This document shows, one piece after another, positions 35,501 through 43,866 of a stretch of DNA of 43,866 nucleotides. A model generated the notes under the pieces. That model had not been told where the DNA came from and did no database searches. It saw nothing but the letters and a program-made list of their open reading frames with translations. This DNA comes from an uncultured bacterium (lineage in GTDB: Bacteria; Patescibacteriota; Minisyncoccia; Phycocordibacterales; GWA1-40-21), in the NCBI GenBank assembly GCA_903823865.1, contig CAIJUJ010000033.1, positions 1 to 43,866 of the forward strand. The letters run 5' to 3'. Each line of letters begins with the position of its first letter. The first letter of the stretch is position 1. The position numbers and the translations under genes are program-made.

Positions 35501-36979
35501 ATGAAAGAAAAAACTGAAAATTTAAAAATTACTACTAGAGAAAATGATTTTTCACAATGGTATCTAGATGTTATCAGAGAAGCAGATTTGGCTGAAAATT
35601 CTCCTGTTCGTGGATGTATGGTTATTAAGCCATGTGGTTATGCAATATGGGAAAATATTCAAAAAGTTCTTGATAGTGAATTTAAAAAACTTGGTACACA
35701 AAATGCATATTTTCCATTACTGATACCAAAAAGTTTTTTAGAGAAGGAGGCAGAACACGTTGAAGGTTTTGCAAAAGAATGCGCAGTTGTTACTCACCAT
35801 AGGTTAGAAGAAAAAAACGGTAAACTTGTACCCGCAGGTGAGCTTGAGGAACCTTTCATAATTAGACCAACATCAGAAACTATTATGTACGATTCATTTT
35901 CAAGATGGATCCACTCATATAGAGATTTGCCTTTGCTTATAAACCAATGGTGTAACATCATGCGTTGGGAGATGAGGCCAAGGCTTCTGCTTCGTACTTC
36001 AGAATTTCTTTGGCAAGAAGGTCATACTGCTCACGCAACCAAAGAGGAGGCTAATGCAAAAACATTAGAAATGATAGAAGTTTACAAGAAGTTTTTTGAA
36101 GAATACTTGGCAATTTCACTAGTTGTTGGTAAAAAGACAGATACAGAAAAATTTCCTGGTGCAGATTATACTGCGACAATAGAAGCAATGATGCAAGACG
36201 GAAAAGCATTACAGGCTGGAACTTCACATATGCTTGGACAAAATTTTTCCAAATCTTTTGATGTATCATTTTTGGATGAAAATCAACAAAAACAATATGT
36301 TTGGCAAACGAGTTGGGGAGTTTCTACAAGAATTCTTGGTGCTCTTGTCATGGCTCACTCTGACGATAAAGGTTTTATAATACCACCTAAAATAGCGCAA
36401 TTTCAGGTAGTTATCATACCTATTTGGACAACTGACGAGGAAAAGAAAGTTGTTTTTGCTGAAGTAGAAAAAATTAAAATAGAATTGGAAAAAGAAGGTA
36501 TCAGATGTAAAGCTGATGCTAGGGAAGGCAGACCCGGTTTTAAATATTTTGAATGGGAAAGAAAAGGTGTTCCATTGAGATTAGAAATTGGTCCAAAAGA
36601 TATTCAGAAAAATTCTGTCGTAATCGTAGACAGGCTTCAGGGCAAAAAAGAATTTGTTTCAAATGAAAAAAGAACGCAGTATGTAAAAGTTGTTTTAGAA
36701 AATATTCAAAAAACTTTACTTAAAAATTCCAAAAAATTAAGAGAAGAAAATACTCGTGAGGTTTCGAATTATGAAGAGTTCAAAGAAACTGTTAAAAGCA
36801 AAAAAGGATTTATCTATACTCACTTATGTAAAGATAACAAATGTGTAGAGACAATCAAAGAAGATACAGGTGCAACTGCTAGATGCATCCCTATGGATGA
36901 TGGTGAAGGTAATAAAGGAAAATGTATTTATTGTAATAAAAATGCAGATAATAAAGTTTTGTTTGCTGTCTCATATTAG
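35501..36979 (+). CDS. proS: Proline--tRNA ligase (archaeal/eukaryotic-like type)
   Basis: DFSQWY, RPTSET, EFLWQEGHT, QAGTSH, SWGVSTR, C-terminal Zn domain ending SY. Confidence 0.97.
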   Translation: MKEKTENLKITTRENDFSQWYLDVIREADLAENSPVRGCMVIKPCGYAIWENIQKVLDSEFKKLGTQNAYFPLLIPKSFLEKEAEHVEGFAKECAVVTHHRLEEKNGKLVPAGELEEPFIIRPTSETIMYDSFSRWIHSYRDLPLLINQWCNIMRWEMRPRLLLRTSEFLWQEGHTAHATKEEANAKTLEMIEVYKKFFEEYLAISLVVGKKTDTEKFPGADYTATIEAMMQDGKALQAGTSHMLGQNFSKSFDVSFLDENQQKQYVWQTSWGVSTRILGALVMAHSDDKGFIIPPKIAQFQVVIIPIWTTDEEKKVVFAEVEKIKIELEKEGIRCKADAREGRPGFKYFEWERKGVPLRLEIGPKDIQKNSVVIVDRLQGKKEFVSNEKRTQYVKVVLENIQKTLLKNSKKLREENTREVSNYEEFKETVKSKKGFIYTHLCKDNKCVETIKEDTGATARCIPMDDGEGNKGKCIYCNKNADNKVLFAVSY

Positions 36980-37091
36980 TGGTTAAATTTTTACTATTAT
37001 TTGAGTTGTTAAACGCAATTTAGACAAATTGTCGAATTGTATTAAAAGTGCTATATTTGAGTCAATAATCTGTAATAATTATTGTTGCATC

Positions 37092-38153
37092 ATGTTTGAT
37101 AATTTAAAAGCAAAAATATATAAGCGTTTATCTAATGATATCGGAATCGACCTCGGTACGGCTAATACTCTTGTTTATGTTTCTGGAAAAGGAATTATTA
37201 TTAATGAACCATCAGTTGTCGCACTAAATCAAAAAACGGGAAGAGTTGTTGCTGTTGGTACTCAAGCAAAAGAAATGCTTGGCAGAACTCCACCACACAT
37301 TGTTGCAATAAGACCACTTGTTGACGGAGTCATTTTTGATTTTGAAGTTACGGAAGAAATGATTGCGTATTTAATTAAAAAAGCGGAAGAACTTTCTCCC
37401 AAGATGCTTGGACCAAGGGTTGTTGTAGGAGTTCCATCTGGTGTTACAAACGTAGAAATCCGTGCAGTGCGAGATGCCACAAGAAATGCCGGTGCAAGGG
37501 AAGTTCATATTGTCGAAGAGCCAATGGCTGGAGCAATCGGTATTCGTTTGCCTATAAATGATCCTATTGGAAGTATGGTAATTGACATTGGCGGTGGAAC
37601 AACAGATATCGCAGTCATATCGCTCGGTGGAATTGTAAAATCAAAAAATTTAAGAGTCGCTGGAGATAAACTGAATAATGACATTATCAGTTATATTAGA
37701 AGTGAATTTAAAATTTTAATCGGAGAAAAAACTGCAGAAAATATTAAAATTGCGATTGGGAATGTCGTTGCCGGTGAGCATATGGAGGCTCCAATAAAAG
37801 GACGAGATTTAATTACCGGTTTGCCAAGAGAAGTTATTTTGACAGATTCTGATGTTAGAGAAGCTATGGCACTTTCAATTGAAAGTTTGGTAGATGCCAC
37901 AAAAGAAGTTCTTGAAACAACTCCGCCAGAAATTCTTTCGGACATTATGAAAAGGGGGATTTATCTTTTTGGTGGTGGTGCCCTTATAAAAGGTTTAGAT
38001 GTTTTGCTCAGTGATTATTTAAAAATCCCAGTTCATTTTGTTGATGATCCATTGACAGCTGTAGCTCGAGGGACCGGTGTGATACTTGAAAATATGGAGC
38101 TTTATAGAGATGCGTTAATTCAAAACGAAGATGAACTTCCACCAAAGAAATAA
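37092..38153 (+). CDS. mreB: Rod-shape actin MreB paralog 2 (in the mreBCD-pbp2 operon)
   Basis: IGIDLGTANT, DIGGGTTD, GGGALI. Confidence 0.95.
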   Translation: MFDNLKAKIYKRLSNDIGIDLGTANTLVYVSGKGIIINEPSVVALNQKTGRVVAVGTQAKEMLGRTPPHIVAIRPLVDGVIFDFEVTEEMIAYLIKKAEELSPKMLGPRVVVGVPSGVTNVEIRAVRDATRNAGAREVHIVEEPMAGAIGIRLPINDPIGSMVIDIGGGTTDIAVISLGGIVKSKNLRVAGDKLNNDIISYIRSEFKILIGEKTAENIKIAIGNVVAGEHMEAPIKGRDLITGLPREVILTDSDVREAMALSIESLVDATKEVLETTPPEILSDIMKRGIYLFGGGALIKGLDVLLSDYLKIPVHFVDDPLTAVARGTGVILENMELYRDALIQNEDELPPKK

Positions 38154-38937
38154 TAATTTTTTAATTAGAGAAAATGGTAAAAAAAATCATGTTTTTTATA
38201 TAATTGCTGTAATATTTTTTATTTTAATTTTTTCTTTACCTTGGACCAGAAATTTACTTTTTAGTGCCGGTTCTCCTTTGTGGTCTTTTAAAAATAGTGT
38301 TGTCTCTTTTTTTTCAAATAATATTGCCGTATTAAATTCAAAAACTAATTTATTAAAAGATAATAGTATTCTTAAACAACAAGTTTTAACGAATGATCGA
38401 GAGCAAGCATTGCTTGGATTATTGAAAAAGGAAAATGAGGATCTAAAAAACATTTTAAATCGAAGTAATTTTGGTCAGAGATTATTATTGGCAACTGTAC
38501 TTGTAAAACCTTTTTTGTCTGCCTATGACACGCTTATTATAGATGTCGGTTCAGTAAATGGCGTTGCGGTTGGGAACAAAGTCTTAGCAGATGGAAATAC
38601 ATACATTGGTTATATCTCTGAGGTTTATAATGATACGTCAAAAGTTATTTTGTATTCATCTTCTGGTGAGCAAGTAAAAGTTTTAATAGGAAACAATAAT
38701 GTTGAGAAAAATGCCACAGGACTGGGTGGTGGTAATTTTTCTGCACAAGTTCCAAAAGAAATTGATGTAAATGAAGGTGATAATATAGTCATTCCATCAA
38801 TTTCAGCAAATGTTTTTGGTGTAGTAGAAAAAATTGAATATAAGGAAACGGATTCATACCAAAATATATTGTTTAAAAGTCCAGTTAATATTTCAGAATT
38901 AAAGTGGGTTGAGGTTTTGTTATCTAATAAAAAATAG
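38131..38937 (+). CDS. mreC: Rod shape-determining protein MreC
   Basis: TM, coiled coil (ENEDLK), IIDVGS..GV..G; position after mreB. Confidence 0.88.
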   Translation: MNFHQRNNNFLIRENGKKNHVFYIIAVIFFILIFSLPWTRNLLFSAGSPLWSFKNSVVSFFSNNIAVLNSKTNLLKDNSILKQQVLTNDREQALLGLLKKENEDLKNILNRSNFGQRLLLATVLVKPFLSAYDTLIIDVGSVNGVAVGNKVLADGNTYIGYISEVYNDTSKVILYSSSGEQVKVLIGNNNVEKNATGLGGGNFSAQVPKEIDVNEGDNIVIPSISANVFGVVEKIEYKETDSYQNILFKSPVNISELKWVEVLLSNKK

Positions 38938-38938
38938 A

Positions 38939-39214
38939 ATGTTAGGCAAAAACAATATTTACAGAATAATAGTGGATATTATTTTAATTATTTCTGCTTT
39001 TTTGTTGCCGAACTATGTTTCAGTTATTTTAATATTTGTTTCAGTATTAATTTTTAACAATTTTATTGAGTCAATAATTTTTGGTTTTATTCTCGATATG
39101 CTATATGGAAGCGGTAGAATTTTTGGATATAATTTCGCATATTTTTTTACTTTAATTTCTGTAATTTTTTATGTAATTTCATTTAAAATTAAGGAAATGG
39201 TGCGAGTTTCATAA
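38939..39214 (+). CDS. Small membrane protein, MreD-like by position
   Basis: Hydrophobic, GFILDMLYG; lies between mreC and PBP2. Confidence 0.6.
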   Translation: MLGKNNIYRIIVDIILIISAFLLPNYVSVILIFVSVLIFNNFIESIIFGFILDMLYGSGRIFGYNFAYFFTLISVIFYVISFKIKEMVRVS

Positions 39215-39218
39215 AAAT

Positions 39219-40922
39219 ATGTTTAATAAAGTAAAAAAAAAGATTAAAGGTAATTCATATAAAGAAAGAATAAAAGATATCGATCCAGATGAAATTTTCT
39301 TGGACTCTGAAAATTTACCTAAATTCAACGTCGATCAATTTGAAGGTAGAATAGAAAAACCTATTTCTAGCAGAACTTTTGTTTTTTTTGGCATAGCTTG
39401 TTTTTTGATTTTTGTTGGTTTTATCATTCGCTCAATAAATTTACAAGTAACAAATGGTCCTTATTATTTACAAAAAAGTGAAAATAACCGATTACGAAAT
39501 ACATTGGTATTTGCAAACAGAGGTGTGATTTATGACAGAAATGACAATAAACTCGCATGGAATGTTGAAAGCGAGAGTAGCCCAGAGTTTGCCTTGAGAA
39601 AATACAGTAGCCTTTCTGGTTTGTCGCATGTTTTGGGATATATTAAATATCCGTCAAAAGACAGCTCGGGTTTTTATTATAGTGAAGATTTTGTTGGGAA
39701 AGATGGAGCCGAAAAATATTACAGTGATATTTTGTCCAGTAAAAATGGTTTAAGAATTGTTGAGGTTGATGCACATGGAGCTATTCAATCACAAAGCGTC
39801 GTTCGCCCTGCAACTGATGGTCAAGATATTAAACTTTCAATTGATTCCAATTTGCAAAGTGAAATTTACAAAATTATTTCTGATTTAGCTAACAGAGTTG
39901 GTTTTACTGGTGGAGCTGGGGTTATTATGGATGTAAATACAGGTGAGGTTCTTGCCATGACAAGTTATCCAGAATATGATTCACAGATATTAACAGATGG
40001 AGCAAATTCACAAGCTATAAATCAATTGTTAAAGAATAAAAATAATCCTTTTTTGGATAGAGCAATAAACGGACTTTATACTCCCGGTTCTATAGTAAAA
40101 CCATATATGTCAATTGCTGCATTAAATGAAAATATTATTGATCCTAATACAAAAATTTTGAGTACCGGCTCTATTTCTATCCCAAATGTTTATGATCCAC
40201 TTCATCCATCGGTTTTCAAAGATTGGCGCGCTCAAGGTTGGGTGGATATGAGACATGCGATAGCGGTTTCTTCAGACGTTTATTTTTATGAAGTTGGTGG
40301 TGGATATGAAAACCAAAAAGGGCTTGGTATTTCTCTTATTGATAAATATATGCATTTGTTTGGTTTTGGTTTGGATATACCAAATGGTTTTTTTACAGGA
40401 ACTAGCGGGATAATTCCTGATCCACAGTGGAAGGCTGAAAATTTTGGTGGAGAAAAATGGAACATCGGAGACACCTATCATACTTCAATTGGGCAATATG
40501 GTTTTCAAGTTACCCCAATTCAAACAGTAAGAGCCGTTGCTAGTATTGCAAATGGAGGAAAACTATTAGAGCCATCAATATTGTTGGGTGGCAATCCTGA
40601 TAAATTTACACAATTGAATCTAGACCCAGCAGATTATAAAGTTGTTAGGGAGGGAATGAAGCTTGGCGTGGAAGAAGGAGTGGCTGTTGGTTTAAACACA
40701 GGATATTTATCTTTGGGAGCTAAAACTGGGACTGCCGAACTTGGTTCAAAAAAACAATTCGTGAACTCATGGGTTACTGGTTTTTTCCCGTATGATAATC
40801 CTAAATACGCTTTTGCAGTAATCATGGAAAAAGGACCAGTTGCAAATACTATGGGGGGCGTTTATGTTATGCGCCAGGTTCTTGATTGGATGCATGCAAA
40901 TACACCACAGTACTTAAAATAG
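39219..40922 (+). CDS. mrdA: Penicillin-binding protein 2 (class B)
   Basis: RGVIYDRN, PGSIVK (SxxK), SSD, KTGTAE. Confidence 0.92.
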   Translation: MFNKVKKKIKGNSYKERIKDIDPDEIFLDSENLPKFNVDQFEGRIEKPISSRTFVFFGIACFLIFVGFIIRSINLQVTNGPYYLQKSENNRLRNTLVFANRGVIYDRNDNKLAWNVESESSPEFALRKYSSLSGLSHVLGYIKYPSKDSSGFYYSEDFVGKDGAEKYYSDILSSKNGLRIVEVDAHGAIQSQSVVRPATDGQDIKLSIDSNLQSEIYKIISDLANRVGFTGGAGVIMDVNTGEVLAMTSYPEYDSQILTDGANSQAINQLLKNKNNPFLDRAINGLYTPGSIVKPYMSIAALNENIIDPNTKILSTGSISIPNVYDPLHPSVFKDWRAQGWVDMRHAIAVSSDVYFYEVGGGYENQKGLGISLIDKYMHLFGFGLDIPNGFFTGTSGIIPDPQWKAENFGGEKWNIGDTYHTSIGQYGFQVTPIQTVRAVASIANGGKLLEPSILLGGNPDKFTQLNLDPADYKVVREGMKLGVEEGVAVGLNTGYLSLGAKTGTAELGSKKQFVNSWVTGFFPYDNPKYAFAVIMEKGPVANTMGGVYVMRQVLDWMHANTPQYLK

Positions 40923-40995
40923 GCTTATTTCTTTGACTAAATAACAATTTATTGCTAAAATACACACAACTTTAATAATTTAAATCATCAAAAAA

Positions 40996-41463
40996 ATGGA
41001 AGAAAGAAGAGAATATTTAACAAAAGAGAAGTACAATCAATTAGTAGTTGAGCTCAATGATTTAAAGAACGTAAAAAGAAAGGAAGTCGCGGAAGCTCTT
41101 GATTATGCTAGAGGTTTGGGAGATTTATCAGAAAATGCTGAATATCATGAAGCAAGGACAAAACAAGCTGATGTTGAAGAAAGAATCAAAAAGATAGATG
41201 ATATTTTAAAAAACACAACAGTTGTTGAGGATAAACATGGAGATCACGCTGTAATAGGTAGTACTGTAGTTGTAGAAAAAGCAGATGGGACCAAAAAAAT
41301 GACACTTATGATTGTTGGTTCAGCTGAATCTGATATTGCAACAGGAAAAATCTCAAATAGATCACCGATTGGTTCTGCGGTTTTGGGAAAAAAGAAGGGG
41401 GATGTGTTTCATTTCAATTCTCCAAGTGGAAAAATGGAATACAAACTTCTTGAAGTCAAATAA
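40996..41463 (+). CDS. greA: Transcription elongation factor GreA
   Basis: GDLSENAEY, ISNRSPIG. Confidence 0.97.
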   Translation: MEERREYLTKEKYNQLVVELNDLKNVKRKEVAEALDYARGLGDLSENAEYHEARTKQADVEERIKKIDDILKNTTVVEDKHGDHAVIGSTVVVEKADGTKKMTLMIVGSAESDIATGKISNRSPIGSAVLGKKKGDVFHFNSPSGKMEYKLLEVK

Positions 41464-41479
41464 GTTATTTTTTAAACAA

Positions 41480-42937
41480 ATGTCTTCTTTTGAAGAATTA
41501 AGAAAAACAAGAATTGAAAAAATAAAACTGCTTGAAAAAGCAGGAATGGAACCATATCCATCAATTTCAAAAAAGGATTACTCAATTTCCGAAGCAGTTT
41601 CTGATTTTGAAGTGCTAACAAAAAAGAAAAATATTTCACTCGTCGGAAGAATTATGGCTATTCGTGGTCAGGGTGGTCTGATATTTTTAAATATAAATGA
41701 TGGCACAGGAGTTTTTCAAGGATTGCTCAAAAAAGATGAAATGGATGAAAAAGTTTTTGACCTTTTTCAAAACACAATTGATATTGGAGATTTTATAGAA
41801 GTAAATGGAAAACTTTTTATTACGAAAAGGGGAGAGAAAACTCTTCAGGTTGTAGATTGGAAAATTTTAACTAAAAGTTTGAGACCACTTCCTGAAAAGT
41901 GGCACGGCATTGCTGATGTTGAAGAAAAATTAAGAAAAAGATACTTAGATATTATTTGTAATCCAGAAATAAAAGAAATGGTTGAAAAGAGGGCAAAATT
42001 TTTTAGCTCCATGAGGAATTTTTTAGTCAGTAAAGGTTTTATGGAAGTTGACACGCCAATCTTGGAAAATACTGCAGGTGGAGCTGAAGCAAAACCTTTC
42101 GTTACTCATTATAATGCTTACGATGCCGATGTTTACTTAAGAATTTCTCCGGAACTTTGGTTAAAAAGGCTTATGGTTGCTGGTTTTTCTAAGGTTTATG
42201 AAATTGGAAGAGTTTTTAGAAATGAAGGTGCCGATTCAGAACATTTACAAGATTATACTCATATGGAATTTTATTGGGCATACGCTGATTACAACATGGG
42301 TATGGAGCTTGTTGAAGAAATGTATAAATATATCGCGAAAGAAACTTTTGGGACATTGAAATTTAAAATAAAAGGTTTTGATGTTGATCTTGGAAGTAAA
42401 TGGAAAAAATATGATTATACAGAAATTATAAAAGAAAAAACTGGTATAGATATTTTTAAAACAGATATTAAAGAAGTTGAGAAAAAACTTCAAAATCTAA
42501 AAGTAGAATATGATAAGAAAGGTTTTAACTTAAATAGAGCGGTAGATTCTTTGTGGAAATATTGTAGGAAACAAATTGGTGGTCCAGGTTTTCTTGTTAA
42601 TGTTCCGGTCATGATGGAACCACTTGCAAAAAGAATGAGCAAGAATAAAAATTTGGTCGAAAGGTTTCAAGTAATACTTGCTGGTTCTGAAAACGGGAAA
42701 GGTTTTAGTGAACTCAATGACCCAATTGATCAAATGGAAAGATTTGTTGAACAAGCCAAACTAAGAGAAGAAGGGGATGAAGAAGCTCAAATGATGGACG
42801 GTGAATTCGTTGAAGCACTTGAATATGGTATGCCTCCAACTTTTGGTTTTGGTTTGTCTGAAAGGTTGTTCAGTTTTTTGATGGACAAGCCAGTGAGAGA
42901 ATCTCAAATATTTCCGTTTATGAGGCCAAAAGGATAA
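41480..42937 (+). CDS. lysS: Lysine--tRNA ligase (class II)
   Basis: GGAEAKPF, YLRISPELWLK, FRNEG, FSELNDP, YGMPP; start MSSFEE. Confidence 0.97.
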   Translation: MSSFEELRKTRIEKIKLLEKAGMEPYPSISKKDYSISEAVSDFEVLTKKKNISLVGRIMAIRGQGGLIFLNINDGTGVFQGLLKKDEMDEKVFDLFQNTIDIGDFIEVNGKLFITKRGEKTLQVVDWKILTKSLRPLPEKWHGIADVEEKLRKRYLDIICNPEIKEMVEKRAKFFSSMRNFLVSKGFMEVDTPILENTAGGAEAKPFVTHYNAYDADVYLRISPELWLKRLMVAGFSKVYEIGRVFRNEGADSEHLQDYTHMEFYWAYADYNMGMELVEEMYKYIAKETFGTLKFKIKGFDVDLGSKWKKYDYTEIIKEKTGIDIFKTDIKEVEKKLQNLKVEYDKKGFNLNRAVDSLWKYCRKQIGGPGFLVNVPVMMEPLAKRMSKNKNLVERFQVILAGSENGKGFSELNDPIDQMERFVEQAKLREEGDEEAQMMDGEFVEALEYGMPPTFGFGLSERLFSFLMDKPVRESQIFPFMRPKG

Positions 42938-42949
42938 TTTATTAAAAAA

Positions 42950-43528
42950 ATGAAAAAAGAAAAATATTTTATAATCGTTTCTATAATTGCGTTTGCCAGT
43001 TTGGGGTATATCGTTTTAAATAATAGTGGGTTAATATCATCAAAATATATTAATAACCAATATGGGGCTGTGTTGATGGCTTCATCGACACAAAATTCAA
43101 CTTCTATCAATGCTGACTTTAGTTTACCACCAGAATCACCGGTTAATTATGCTGATAATAATAATGGTACGATTACAGATAATTATACTGGATTAATTTG
43201 GAAAAAGTGTCCGCAAGGAATATCTGGTAGTGATTGTAAGGCAGGAAGTCCATCACTTCGTGCGTGGTCAAAAGCAAGAGTGGAGTGTGAAAACCTAAAT
43301 TTTGCTGGGAAATCTGGGTGGAGAATGCCAACACTTAAAGAACTTCAATCGATTGTAGATTCTGGTTCGTTTGATCCAGCAATAAACAAGAAGTTTTTTA
43401 TTGCTACAGATGATCCATACTGGACGCTTACCTCACCAGCAGAATACCCCGCTAGTAAATTTACAGTTTTGTTTACTGATGGTAGCGTTTATTATCGAGA
43501 TAGCAATAATTTTGCTGCTACGCGATGT
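42950..43528 (+). CDS. DUF1566 (Lcl C-terminal) domain protein, truncated at a junction
   Basis: DNNNGTITDNYTGLIW, GWRMPTLKEL, YWT…TRC; the sequence after about 43528 is antisense surA. Confidence 0.8.
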
Positions 43529-43866
43529 GAGGTTAGCCCTGGGACTATATCCAACTTCTCCACCATTTTTAGCAGATCCTTCATCTTCGGAATACAGTAT
43601 TGCTTCAACGCTAAAACTCTTTCCTCCAAGTATTTCACTCCTGATGTCGAGTAATTTTTGGCGGGCTTCTGCTTTATTTTCTTCATTTGAGGGAGGATCA
43701 AGCTGGATAATACTTAACTCATACTTCGCAGGAATAACAGGAAGACTATCCTTAGGGAGTGAGGAATAATATCTTTTTAAAGCAGCAGGACTTACGGTAA
43801 TATTTTTAGAAATTTTATTCTGGACTTCTCTAACAATTTCCTGTTCCAGCATTGTTTTTTTGATAT
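43529..43866 (-). CDS. Fragment of a SurA-type peptidyl-prolyl isomerase (looks Bacteroidota-like)
   Basis: LPKDSLP, GKSFSVEAILYSEDEGSAKNGGEVG parvulin motif; homology breaks off after PRANL. Confidence 0.75.

Noticed and set aside
41312-41479. N-terminal extensions in the ORF track (lysS; also rpsA, rel, both mreB)
   Set aside because: They overlap the upstream gene, promoter or repeats; homology begins at the downstream ATG.
42950-43654. DUF1566 gene as a diversity-generating retroelement target
   Set aside because: No reverse transcriptase or template repeat is visible in the window, and the C-terminus is lost at the junction.
370-43769. Numerous 60-150 aa antisense or out-of-frame ORFs inside housekeeping genes
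   Set aside because: Shadow ORFs with no motifs or expression signals.

Overview
AT-rich core-genome segment that looks like Patescibacteria/CPR (Parcubacteria-like). This is an inference from the tandem VirB2-like pilins, HTH-fused MurA, short Rel, degenerate PriA, near-leaderless promoters and absence of biosynthetic operons. It carries housekeeping genes (rpsA, gyrA, murJ, rpmG, miaA, parB, rel, topA, dprA, serS, ftsQ, priA, murA, two mreB, holB, frr, rseP, proS, mreC, mreD-like, PBP2, greA, lysS), RNase P RNA, tRNA-Trp, tRNA-Leu and one IS200-type tnpA. The main unexplained signal is a dispersed 133-140 bp element in 6 copies. It has conserved asymmetric inverted arms, two internal blocks whose order is swapped between the arms and which covary, and an unrelated but length-conserved core that usually holds an extended -10 at a fixed offset. 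It always points into the downstream gene (murJ, ftsQ, priA, murA, holB, a peptidase), and in 4 copies it ends 2 nt before the ATG. Other oddities are an LRR-like gene inserted in a duplicated murA 3' end with a G10 tract in its promoter spacer, a wHTH gene bracketed by twin long palindromes, inverted and direct copies of the tRNA-Trp 3' end, SD-led orphan mini-cassettes, and a probable chimeric junction with a foreign surA-like gene at the right end. All comparisons were made by eye; no database search was run.
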